Positions 51,716 through 64,000 of a stretch of 64,000 bases of DNA are shown here, in pieces. The notes under the pieces are model-generated. The model had not been told where the DNA came from. It saw only the letters and a list, made by a program, of their open reading frames with translations, and did no database searches. The position numbers were made by a program, and so were the translations under genes. Each line of letters opens with the position of its first letter. The stretch's first letter is position 1. Location of the stretch: contig NC_043008.1 in NCBI RefSeq assembly GCF_006345805.1, positions 27,776,001 through 27,840,000 of the forward strand, read 5' to 3'. This stretch comes from Octopus sinensis. Taxonomy: Eukaryota.

Positions 51716-53448
51716 CAGTAGCCTTATTTGTAATCTGCATTCACTGCAGAACACCGCTCTGTGTGTCTTGGGTATGTGCTGTGGTTTTTTGTGAAGGTCT
51801 TATTCTTAGTGTATTAAAAGTATTTTGCGTAGGATGTGTGCGGTGCCGGGTAGTGCTATTTTCTGTATGTTATATATATAAATATATATTTGTTAGTCAT
51901 GGTGTTTTTGTTATGCATTTGTCTGAGTATTATTTTATACATAATGCGCCTACTATGTTAGAAATTGTTTCTGTTTTTAGACTACACATTCGAGTTACCT
52001 GTATATCCAGATCTTTGTATTTTAAAAGTTTTTCCGTTTGTTTTCGAGAAATATTGTCAGCTGTTGGTATTGATACGTCGATTAGAAAGCATTTTTTCTT
52101 GATGATCTCTTACAACTATGTCCGACTTTTTTGGCTTTATGTTGTCTATCTGTGTGTATTTACATATCCGATAGTATGGTTGCTTTCTCATTTTCTGTGA
52201 CCTTTTCTGGGGAGTGCTTATACCACTTTGATCTGTTATTATTCCATAGCTTGGCATAGTTTCCAATTTATATACGTCCCAACGCTGTCGTCTCTGTGAA
52301 TATATTCTTTCTTTGCCAGGGTTCGGCAGCAATAGAAAATGTGATTTATAGTTTCTCCCCTATTACAAAACATATTGCAGATACTGGTATTTTGTCATTA
52401 CATGTTTTTGGTAGTTTCTAGTGGGGAGGCTTTGATCTTGTACTGAAATGTAAAACCCTTCAGTATCTGCTGTGAGACTTGAGCTTGTCGGCTATTGTTA
52501 GTATTTTGCTTTGTCTATTTCTTTCTGTTAATATAACCCAGTATTTGGCATAAAAAGGCTGTTCTTGCCATCGTTTTATCATGATCGGTTCCTGTTCCTA
52601 TTTTAGTTTGGACTTTAGATGATTTACAGCTTTCGTTTTGTCTTCTTTTTCTTCATAGTCGTTAGGTACTGTGGTTTCGTTTTTGTATTTGTCAGCTTCC
52701 TCAGAGACTGAAGCAGTTGTTTTGTTTTGTTCATGTTTTGTAGCTAAATAGCTATTAACTTTCCTTGCTTTTAAATTAGGTGTTATTGTAGTCCAATGAT
52801 TCTTATATTGTAATAGTTTTCTAGCTGTATAAGGCCTCTACCACCTTCCATACATTATATATATAACCTATCTATGTCAGATTTTAGGAGATGCATCGGA
52901 AATCCTATTTTTCTTCTTTTCCTGTCTATTTTCGTTAGTTGATTTAGAGTCCGGTTAAGAAAATTGTAGCTAGATTATTGATACTAATATGTTGCGTTTC
53001 GTATCGAGCTTTGTTTTCGATATTAATGTAACTCATCTATAGTATTATCTTTCGTCTGTGTGTGTTGTATAGTATCTAGTTCATTGATTCCGAAGTATTT
53101 GTATGTCTGGCTACAGTCTAATTCTCTCCTTTCATTTGCCTTGTCTAGTTTGATGATGCTACTCTTAATCAGTTTTCCTCTTTTCAAGGTTTCTTTGGCA
53201 CATATTAGTATGCCAAATTTCATGTTTATTTCTTGAAACCCATGTAATGCCTGTAGTAATATTTCCATCTGTTTCTCATTTGCAGCGTACAGTTTCGATC
53301 ATCCATATACAAAGGAGGTCCGTTGCTTTGCCGTAAAAGTTATATCCACATTCTCTTCTCATTAGCATGTCAGATAAAGGTGCCTGAGCTCAGCAGAAAA
53401 GGAGTGAAGAAAAACTTCCTGGAATATATCTCTTTTAATGTGGATGAC
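51716..53448 (-). mobile_element. Diverged R4/Dong (family B-related)
   Basis: IKRDIFQ..LYMDD..KFG..CAK, YKYFGI and RLE remnants. Confidence 0.85.
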
Positions 53449-53450
53449 TT

Positions 53451-53481
<31 letters not shown>

Positions 53482-53489
53482 TTATTATT

Positions 53490-54986
53490 CAGTAGTTTTA
53501 TTTTTATAGCGTGCTTTCACTTCACTACCGAGCGCAGCTGTGTGCCTTGGGTATATGCTGTGATTTGTTGTGATGCTCTGATGGTTATTGTATGGAAAGT
53601 GTTCTGCGTAGGATGTGTGCAGTGCCTAGTAGTGCAATTTTCTGTATGTTATATGTGTTTGTAAGTCCTGGTGTTTTTCTTATGTATTTGTCTGAATATT
53701 TTTTTATCATGCCTAATGCACCTACTATGATAGGAATTGTTTCTGTTTTCAGGTTCCACATTCTAGTTATCTCTATTTCCAGGTCTTTGTATTTTGAGAG
53801 TTTCTCCATTTCTTTTAGAGACACGTTGTCATCTGCCGGTATTGATACATCAATTAGAAAGCATTTTTTTCCTTCATGATCTCTGACAACTATATCTGGT
53901 CTGTTGGCCTTAATTTCTCTATCTGTGTGTATCGGCATATCCCAGAGTATGGTTGCTTTCTCGTTTTCTGTGACCATTTCTGGTGTGTGCCTATACCATC
54001 TTTTTTCTGTTGTTATTCCATAATGTTGGCATAGCTTCCAATGTAAGTAGGTTCCAACTCTGTTATGTCTGTGAATATATTCCTTCTTAGCCAGGAGTGG
54101 GCAGCTAGAGATAATATGATTTATTGTTTCTTGTCCATCTCCACATATTCTGCAGTTACTTGTAATATTTCTTTTCATTACATGTTTTTGGTAATTTCTG
54201 GTGGGGAGGCTTTGGTCTTGTGCTGCAATTAAAAATCCCTCTGTTTCTGCTTTGAGTCCTGAGCTTCTCAACCATTGCTGGGATTTTTCTTTGTCTATTT
54301 CTTTTGCGTTTAGTTTAGTGCAGTATTTACCATGAAGGGGCTTTTCTTGCCATCGTTTTATCATGGCTCGTTGCTGTTCTATTTTTAGTTTGGATTTCAT
54401 TTGTTTTATAGCTTTTGTTGTTTCGTCATCGTCTTCTTCTTCTTCTTTGTGTTTATTAGGTGGTATGATTTTTTGTTTGTATTTGTCAGCTTCCTTAAAT
54501 ACTGAGAACAGTTTTTTGTTTTGCTCGTGTTTTGCTGCTATCTGGATCAGTTTTCATTCCTTCTGAAGAAGGTATTTTTGCAGTCCTATGGTGGTTATTT
54601 TATAGTAGTTTTCCAGCTGTATAAGGCCTCTACCACCTTCTATACGTTGTATATATAGTCTTTCTATGTCAGATTTTGTGTGATGCATCCTAGATCATGC
54701 TAGTATTTTTCTTGTTTTCCTATCTATTTTGGACAGTTCATTTCGTGTCCAGTTAAGGATATTGTAGCTGTAACTTATAACTGGGACAGCTAAAGTGTTG
54801 ATACCTATTATCTTGTTTTTAGCATTGAGCTCTGTTTTTAGTATTGATCTAACTCGTCTATAATATTCTTTTTTTATTTTCTCTTTCATTTGTGTGTGTT
54901 GTGTCTTATCTAGTTCATGGATTCCTAAGTATTTGTAAGTTTGGCTTTGGTCTAATTCTTTTATTTCATTGGTTTTATCTAGTGTG

Positions 54987-54988
<2 letters not shown>
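53490..54988 (-). mobile_element. 5'-truncated R4/Dong family B with an intact C-terminal 271-aa frame
   Basis: CRICGDGQETINHIISSC, RPDIVV..LIDVSIP..KLSKYKDL. Confidence 0.95.
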
Positions 54989-55048
<60 letters not shown>

Positions 55049-55074
55049 GATTATTATTATTATTATTATTATTA

Positions 55075-56090
55075 TTTACTTTTAATCTGCATGTTTGTTA
55101 CTATCACTCGCCGAGACACACCCAATGAGGGCGAGTGAAGGGTAAGACATGTTACAGTATGATTGAATGCTTGGGGAGGGGAAGTGGCAAGGGTAGTAGC
55201 AAAATATTTCTACGTAATGCAACATAGACATTTAAACGGATAGGGTTATTTCTAATTATGTGGGTAATAATTGTCAGCAAAATCTTTTGGATTTCTCTGA
55301 GACATGGTTCGCCTGGGATATTATCTAGATGTTTCTGACATCCCTTTTCTTATCACACGTAGGGCTCCCACAATAACAGGAAGAGCTATCCATTTGAGAT
55401 AACAAATCTTTTGCATTTCAATTTCCAGGTTGTTATATTTAATAAGTTTCTCAAATTCCTTTACAGTTAACTCAAGTACCTTTACAGATATATGCTTATC
55501 AGTGGGAACATTAACATCTATTAGTCTACTATTATTTTTCCTCGGCATTTAATGACTATGTCTTCTCAACTAGACCGGATCACTCTGTCGGTGTTGACTG
55601 GAAAATCACAACGAATAGTAACATTTTTACCTTCAATGACTGGCTCACAATAATGTTCACACCACTAAGCAAGAGTGCTGATTTTGTAGGGCTTACTTAT
55701 TTTCCAACGTAAATACTGTGGGAACATTATCTTGGTGATTGTTGTCTTCGTTTGGCATCGGCACAAGAGATCTCGAGACGAAGTGCTCTATTCTTTCAAC
55801 AAATGTGTCGCAAGATCTGCATTTAGGGTCAGAAGAGTTTTATAGAACATTAACCAGGTAGTTTTTTGTAAACAAGCTTTGAACTCGTATCGCCAATATT
55901 AAACGTTCAGTCTCTGCGTTCAGTTCTGAACGTTTCAGCCTCTAATGGGTTGTTGCTTGGTCTACATCAGTATTTCGACTTCAAAGTATTGGCTGTTCAT
56001 GTAGAGGATACTGGCTCCACCGCTTCTCGATTTGTTTCTGCCCGTTCTTTTTTGCAGTCTGGTTGATCCGTTGTTTTTCCTCTTCTTGTT
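55075..56090 (-). mobile_element. Diverged R4/Dong family C
   Basis: LIDVNVPTDK..KYNNLEIE..PVIVGAL; 3'UTR resembles 56310-56460. Confidence 0.85.
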
Positions 56091-56222
56091 TTTCTTGTTC
56101 TTCTTGTTCTTCTTGTTCTTGTTCTTGTTCTTGTTCTTGTTCTTCTTCTTCTTGTTCTTCTTGTTCTTCTTCTTCTTCTTCTTCTTCTTCTTCTTCTTCT
56201 TCTTCTTCTTCTTCTTCTTCTT

Positions 56223-56305
<83 letters not shown>
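56091..56305. repeat. (TTC)n/(TTG)n/(TTA)n compound microsatellite
   Basis: Direct repeats. Confidence 0.95.
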
Positions 56306-56309
56306 CATT

Positions 56310-58360
56310 GTCATTTACTTTTAATCTGCATGTTTGATGCAATCACCTGCCGGGGCACACCCAGCGCCCTAGGGCAAGTGAAGGTTAAGAGTTGTTGAAA
56401 TATAGCTGAAACTTGGGGAGGGGAAGTAGAGATATATCTCCATGCAATGCAAACACAAACATTTACATTGATAGGGTTTTTCTAAGGATGTGGGCAGTAC
56501 TTGTTAGCACAATCTTTTGGATTTCCTTGAGACATGGTTCTCCAGGGATATTGTCTAGGTGTTTCTGACATCCCTTTTTTATCATACCTAGGGCACCTAC
56601 AATAACAGGAACAGTTTTTGTTTTAAGATTCCACATCCTCTGTATTTCGATTTCCAGGTCCTTATATTTACTAAGTTTGTCAAATTCCTTGACAGATACA
56701 TTTTTATCAGTGGGGACGCTTACTTCTATTAGTCTGCAGGTATTTTCTTCCCTGTCTTTAACAATTATGTCTGGTCGATTAGCCTTGATCGTTCTGTCAG
56801 TGTTGACTGGAAAATCCCAGAGGATGGTGACATCTTTACCTTCAACAACTGGCTGAGGATGGTGTTCATACCAGTTAGCAGGAGTGTCGGATTTGTAGTG
56901 TTTACATATCTTCCAATGTATATACTGTCCTACCCTATCGCGGCGATTTTTGTATTCGTTTGGTGTCAGCACAGGACATCCCGAAACGAGATGGTCTATC
57001 GTTTCGTCAAATGTGTCACAGAATCTGCATTTAGGGTCAGTACCGTTTCGGAGAACGTTAGCCTGGTAATTTCTGGCAAACAAGCTTTGATCTTGTGCTG
57101 CCATTATGAAACCTTCAGTCTCTGCTTTCAATCCAGAGCTCTTCAGCCACTGATGGGTTGTTGCTTGGTCTACATCAGCATTTTGGCTTCGGAGAATGTA
57201 TTGTCTATGCAGGGGCTTCTGGCTCCACCGCCTCTCAATTTGATTCTGCCCGTTCTTTTTTGCAGTCTGCTTGATTCGCTTTGCTTGCTTGGTAGCAGTG
57301 GTTTACGGCTCTTCATCTGATTCAAGGTTAATGTCTAGTTCCCTTTCGAACTTATAAGCTTCCTTGACAATAGAATGCAGCTTTTTGCTGCTTTCGTGTT
57401 CGCACACACGTCGCAGCATCCAGTCCTTTGTACTAGATAGGTACCTGTTCATTCCTACAGTAGAGGTCTTATAGCACAGCTCTAATTGCATCATTCCTCT
57501 CCACCCGCTGCTTCTAGGTAGGTACAAGCGGTCTACATCTGCCTTAGGGTGGTGCATGCTCTTGGATGTCAGTAACTTTCTTGTCTTCCTGTCCAAGCGT
57601 TGGAGTTCCGTAAGGTTCCAGTTAATGATGTTAAAACAGTACTGGACTACTGGAAGTGCCAGGGTGTTAATGGCATCAATGCAATTTTTGGAGTTGAGTT
57701 CAGTCTTCAGTACAAGCCTTATTCTCCTATAGTATTCCTTTCTTATTTTTTCCTTCATAGTAGCATGATGTATACCATCTCCTTCGTTGATTCCTAGGTA
57801 TTTGTAACTTTCTTGTGGGTCAAGTTCCTTGATGGTAGTGTCAATATCTAATTTAACAGAAGCTGTTTGCCTGAGCTTGCCTCTTACAAAAGTTGCTTTA
57901 GCACACTTATCAAGGCCAAAATCCATTCCGATATCATTGCTAAACTCTTTAACAGTTGTTAGCAGCCCTTCTAGCTCTTGGTCATTCCTGGCAAACAGCT
58001 TCAGGTCGTCCATATAGAAAAGGTGGTTTATTAACTTACTGAAAACTTTGTACCATATCTGGTACTATCCAATTCGTTTGAGAGTGGGATCAGTGCCATG
58101 CAAAAAAGTAATGGAGAGAGGGAGTCACCTTGAAAGATGCCTCGTTTGATGTTGATGCTGTTGGACTGGCTCATCCCATTACTATGGCTTATAAAGAGAC
58201 GTGTGTTCCACATGGTCATGCTATTCTCTAAGAATTTTGAGACGACAGGAGAGATCTTGTAAATCTCAAGGGCCTTGAGTATCCATTTATGTGGGACACT
58301 GTCATACGCTTTCCTGTAGTCTATCCATGCCATACTCAGGTTTTTGTTTTTGCTCCGGCA
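56310..58360 (-). mobile_element. 5'-truncated R4/Dong family C (RT + CCHC + RLE)
   Basis: AWIDYRKAYDSVPH, RGIFQGDSLSPLLF, YMDDLKLF, CRFCDTFDETIDHLVSGC, RPDIIV. Confidence 0.96.
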
Positions 58361-58405
<45 letters not shown>

Positions 58406-58464
58406 ATCATAATCATCCTCATCACTATCGCCTCGTCGTCGTCGTCTTCACCGTCATCATCATC

Positions 58465-60050
58465 ATCTTTATTATTTTGTGTAGATTCAGGTTCGGTTTA
58501 AACCTGGTAAGTGGGTTACTTTCCTTACCTTTAAACACCTTTTGGTGTCCACAAACTTTCTCCTGTATTTCTAGTGTTTAGAACGATCCTGATAATCCTT
58601 GCTGCCCAAAGCAACCGAATTTCTGTAGGGGCTCTACAGAGTGTAATATTCCAAATTCCTTGCGCCATCTGTCTATGTCTTTGCTTACTGTTCCTAATGC
58701 ACCAATTATTAGAGGCACGACCTTTACAGTTCTGATGTTTTCCGTCTTCTTTCTTTACGATCCTAGAATCAATCGGGCATGATGTCGCTTTTCTTTATCT
58801 ATAACTGTTAAATGAAGACTATTATTTTATAACTTCTCCCTTTGTATAAGTAAGCCCTACAAAAGCTTACATTGCTCTGACTCCAGTAGTCTGTCGACTC
58901 GGTGATTTTACCACGTGTTTCCAGCATCAAATCCCAATTTCTGGCGCAGTTTCCATGTACAACCTGGCCGGGCTTCCATTTCTTTTCTTCCTCCTGTGCC
59001 AACGTGGGACATTCTGTACAATTGATGCCTCTTTCTCGTTCCAATTTCCACATGCCCTATAGTTTTTTACATATTATCTCCGTATTCATTTTTTGTCAAG
59101 TTGATTATTTTCATCTCTTGATCTTTGGCTGATTCAATTAGGCTCTCTGTTTCTTTTTTTAATTGCCGATCTTTTAACCCAGCCCAGGCGTTTGTTCCAC
59201 ATACGCCTTCAGGCTATCCAGGGGTATCCAGTCAATCTGTTTGCCGTGCTCTCTTTATATTTTATTCTTGTTCTTTTCTCCTATTATGCACTTCATCACC
59301 TGTTCTTCATTTATTGTTTGTCCTTAGTAGATTTTGTGTGCTGTTCTGCAAATACTCTACTAGGCTTCTTCTTGCCAACTGTATACATTCTCTCACTTCC
59401 ATTAAGCCTCTTCCGCCTTTGTCTTTCCTCAAGTAAAGCCGGTTGATATCAGATTTTGGATGGTGGACTCCATAGATTGTTAGCAGCTTTTTAGTTTTTC
59501 TGTCATGTTTCTTTATAACGTCTATGGTCAAGTCTATAAGTCCAACTTCATATCTGATTACAGCCACTGTTCTTGAATTTATTGCTCCAATAAGATTTTT
59601 AGATTTCAGCTTTGGCTACGATCATTTTCTTACACTCTGTGTGTACTCCTTACTAGTAATTTGTTTCATTTCTTCATTTGTTTTAATTTCGTCTGCTTCC
59701 TGTATTCTGAAGTGCTTATACTTCTGTCCTTTCTGAATTGCGCTCATTGTTTGCCCATTTGGCTTTTCAGTTTGCCGGTTTCTTTAAAATTTTTGTCTCT
59801 TCATATTTAATACAGCGCCCTTTTCTTTGCTATATCCCATACCTATACCTATAACATCGGAGAAAATATGAGTATACGGAGAGTATATACAAGTCTTTCA
59901 AGCTGTTTCTTTTTTTTTTCGCATAAACCTTTATATCATCCATGAAAAGGAGATGATTGAACTGACCATTTCCTTTCCCAAATCGTAAGCAATTTTAACT
60001 TTTCGTAATATCATAATGAGCGGTATGAGGAACGCAATAACAGATTACAG
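58465..60050 (-). mobile_element. Decayed R4/Dong (family D)
   Basis: NHLLFMDDIK, HHPKSDINRLYL..GGRGL, ECPTLAQEE. Confidence 0.85.
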
Positions 60051-62875
60051 ACATCATTTGCCTATAAGCATTAGTTATATCGTGAGAGTTAGCGGGGTAT
60101 CTTCTAACGCTGAAGCGATATCGGTTATATGCAGTAGAATAGTAATCTACTATAGTGTCTCTATTTTTCATATGTCCATTAAAAGGAGAAAATGACTGCA
60201 GCATTGTGAATGTCGCATACAACAGGGTTAGTGTATTTGTAGATGCATAACGCACTAAATGGTTTACATTGATTTTCTCTCCGTTCTGAGTTTAAACAAT
60301 GCCTACTGGTCTCACTTCATCATCATCGACGGCCAGGAGTGTCCGTTTTCCTCTCTTTTCTTTTTACTGAGAACACAGAAACGCAGTATAATGCCTTCGT
60401 GTGCTCTCCGAGAAAAGAAAACAGAACAGTGGTTGCTGGGTGTTGTATTTGATAAACACATTTCATCTGTCAGAATTGTGTGAGAGCTTTACTTAGAAAC
60501 ATATTTCATTCAAAATTTTCCTTGTTTTTACTGTAAAATTCATGTTGTTCGAAAGTCCGGAATTACTAGCATTTGCCAAAATCTGAGTACCATAAAGCCA
60601 TATTTTAAATATTTTCGGCTTAAGTTCTTCATGTTCATGTTGATTATTTCAAAAATCTGACGCATCGGCATGGTGAATTACGTTACAAAAGCGTATCTTC
60701 CTCACAAAATGTTGTCGTACAAGAGTTCTTTCTTCTAAAATGTCCATGAACGCACAATATCAGATAGGAATTATATTTAGCAAAAGCAGAAGTTTCCAAA
60801 TTTCTATCAAATCGAAAACTTTGCGTGTATATCAGTGTGATGTAGTGTGTGTATATATGTGTGCGTGTGAGTTGTGTGTGAATGTGAGTGTGTGTGGTAT
60901 GCATAGCGTGTGTATGTGTATATGTGTGTGTGCGTGTGTGTTTGTGTGGGTCTCTGCTGGTGATTTTCTTTGATGTTTTGACAACCCCATCAGCAACAGT
61001 AGGATTCTGTACAATGGGTCAAAATGTTCCCTTCCAATAATTCGTATATTTTTAGAATATGAATTTAATAGATTTTAAGTTCACCCGCTTTATGAATATG
61101 TGTAACAGCTTGTCTATATTTGCTTCTGTGTGTAATCTCTTCCACAAACGCAAAGACAAGAAAATATTTACAAGTAAATTGATAGGAAATCAACACATTC
61201 TTCATTATTCTCAGGTTGCATTTCAAACTTCACTTGAAGAAGCTTATGACAACGAGCTTCACAAAACGTCTTGCATCGCAGGTAAGACAATGATAAAAAA
61301 ATAGTCACTATATTTTGAAATTAAGGCGTTGATATCCTCAGTTGATAATTGCATTGTTCTTGTAAGTAGTAGCATCCGCCCGACCCAAACTCAAGCGTTT
61401 CAATAAGCAGTCAATGAACACCGGTTAGCATGCCGAATAATTTCGTGACACTATGTTGCTATGCCAGCCTTTATTGGTCACCGCATAAATTAGACGATCA
61501 ATCCTGGTACCTTTTATTTAGCATACAGCAAGTAACAGTTACCTACTTTCGCTGTGCGCTTAATCCATCGTGTACATGTTTCTGATGTACAAGCAGCGTA
61601 AAAAATTGTCGCCCGAAGAACAATGCAACTGTTAATGGCATTCAGTCTTTACAAGAAACTTGTAGAACTCTCGTACTGAGTGTTAACACTATATGGAAAT
61701 CCTGATTAACTACAATTGTTCCGTTATCAGAGAACAAAATGATATACACTCCAATCTGATCAGATGACCCCTAGGACAGAGATAGGCGATAACTCCCAAC
61801 CGAAGTGATTTCGAGGTCATCTATTAAATGCATAAATTTCTTTCTCTACTAACTCACCACGCTTTTCTATATAAGACGATTGTTTACTTTCCTGGTGTGT
61901 CCGCAGTTTATGTTACTTATAAATTTGTCCGAACCTGTCAGTAACACAAACTCAATTCATTTGTTTAAACAGCATCTCGCTCTGCCATCTCGTATGACCT
62001 GATTTCGACAGGTACTCACTTGCAAATCTCGGCACATATCTAGTCATCTGAAAGTATTTCTTGAGAAAAGGGCGATCAATTCTGTAATTAATAAACAAAG
62101 TTATGGTCGTTCACCTAAAAATGTCACAGCTCTATTCCCCCGTTAAAGCAGGATCTCTTAAAAGTTAACAAATCTACAAAAATCACTGAAGGAATGAAAC
62201 AATATAAAGCACAATCGCACGAATCAAAAAATGCGTTTGGACACAAGTCTGTATCTCTTCAGGCGTATATATGTATATATATAGTATATATATATAAATT
62301 TGTATTACAAAATTGAGTTTTTCCCTGTAAGTTTGGAATCATCTTCCCTAATATTATTATATATACTCTCATACATATCCATACATACATATAGTAAAAT
62401 AAAGATTCAGATAGAATCAGGTACTTGACAAGATATGTACCGAGTAAGGTTGGATAAACCAGTGGTTCTGGCCTATGGCTAGTAAGTATCAAACTTGATA
62501 CTCCGGTTGTGTACACAAAGAAAACCAATCCTATGTGCATTTAGCGACTAGGGGCTGGTCCAGAGCACATTTTACGTTGAAGTTTAAGTTATTGTTATAC
62601 TCTAGGCTGTCCGATATATCACAAACCCCTTTGGTGTATTATAATCAAATGAATAATAACAGACGATTGATAAATATCAGTTTATGTAATTTTGAAAGAA
62701 AAATGTGAATGTTACTCCCTTGCAAAACATCGTAATCATCAGATGAAAGCTAATTTTACAAACAAAATAATATCCCACGAATAAAGCGGGGACATGCGTG
62801 AAGTATGTCGAGATTGATTTTAATCACGTTCCTGCAGTATTCTTGGCATATTTTCTCTGTTTGTAAAATTATATT

Positions 62876-62965
62876 TCAGCTGATGATCACTTTTTTTTGT
62901 GATGTTGTAATGGAGTAATGTTCTCATTTTTCTATTTAAAAAGGCGCAAGAAACAGCTGTAATGA
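62876..62965 (+). ncRNA. Hammerhead-like motif (family 4, degenerate stem II)
   Basis: tcag CTGATGA .. GAA ACAGCTGT A atga. Confidence 0.45.
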
Positions 62966-63002
62966 GCTGACTTCAATCTATCGTCTGTTATTATTCATAT
63001 AC

Positions 63003-63154
63003 GACCTAGCAGAAACGTTAGCGCGCCGGACGAAATGCTTAGCGGTATTTCGTCTGCAGTTGCGTTCTGAGTTCAAATTCCGCCGAGGTCGACTTAATCC
63101 CTTTGTCTGTCCTTGTTTGTCCCCTCTATGTTTAGCCCCATGAGGGTAGTAAAG

Positions 63155-63157
<3 letters not shown>
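63003..63157 (+). mobile_element. SINE family B (internally deleted)
   Basis: gcagaaacgttagcgcgccggacgaaatgcttagcggtatttcgtc..gagttcaaattccgccgaggtcgac. Confidence 0.8.
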
Positions 63158-63202
<45 letters not shown>

Positions 63203-63225
63203 CTACGTTTGTATGCATCTACGTT

Positions 63226-63278
<53 letters not shown>

Positions 63279-63348
63279 ATGTGTGTGTGTGTGTCACTTA
63301 TGTATTCACACACAGACACAGACTGACACACGCAAACACAAACATACA

Positions 63349-63399
<51 letters not shown>

Positions 63400-64000
63400 C
63401 TTCGGGGGAGAGAGGTTGATAGAGATAATAAAGTTGAGAAACAATAAAGAAAGCGATAAATACTAGAGAAAGAAAAGATGAGTAAACAAGATGTAAGGCA
63501 GTAAGAAATAAATGAATGTACGAGGGAAAGGAATGGAAAAGAAAAAAGAAAAGCAAAATGATGGTGGCTATTAAAGAAAAATTCAAATAAATCGACAGAA
63601 CAATTCCAACGAAAATGTAAAATTATTGGTTTGCCATTACTTCCAGTTTAGAATAAATAGAGATTTTTCCCAGCTGCCAAAACGCAATAAATTTTATCTT
63701 AGGTGTTTGACGTAAAGAACAAACACACAATAGTAAGCAAAAGAGCTGGATATAGAGATAAAGAAATGTTTAAAGAAGAGAATGCTGGCAGACTGGAAGT
63801 TAAAAGAAGAAGCGATTTCAATAAGAACGGAGTGTTTATAGAAATCTAGCTGGTGTCAGCAAATTGAAGACATACAGAATATGATATTTCTAAATATATA
63901 TTACCTACCTCGAAAATTGTCCGATCCTACACATATTTTACTCTTCAAATGCCATATGAGATAAAGCACAAATACACATAAACACAGATACACACGCACG

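Overview
AT-rich eukaryotic DNA made almost entirely of microsatellites and transposable elements. The SINE families resemble those of Octopus/cephalopods (recognised by eye, no search run). I found no host protein-coding exon; most listed ORFs are microsatellite artefacts or antisense shadows of TE ORFs. The window holds: (i) about ten copies from several families of R4/Dong-type non-LTR retrotransposons (RT, CCHC, restriction-like endonuclease), most inserted in (AAT)n; (ii) five copies of a ~560-bp non-coding element with the same (AAT)n targeting; (iii) several mariner/Tc1 elements, one nearly intact; (iv) a probable non-autonomous Helitron; (v) a decayed L1/Tx1-like LINE; (vi) several tRNA-derived SINE families; (vii) many Penelope-like element (PLE) ends carrying minimal type-I hammerhead ribozyme (HHR) motifs, about 16 motifs in about 7 sequence families, some degenerate. 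The most notable structure is a tRNA-like Pol III head + (AAT)n + hammerhead module. It forms the 3' end of a GIY-YIG PLE, also occurs as solo copies, and its internal (AAT)n repeatedly received R4/Dong and 560-bp insertions. Boundaries were read manually and are approximate.
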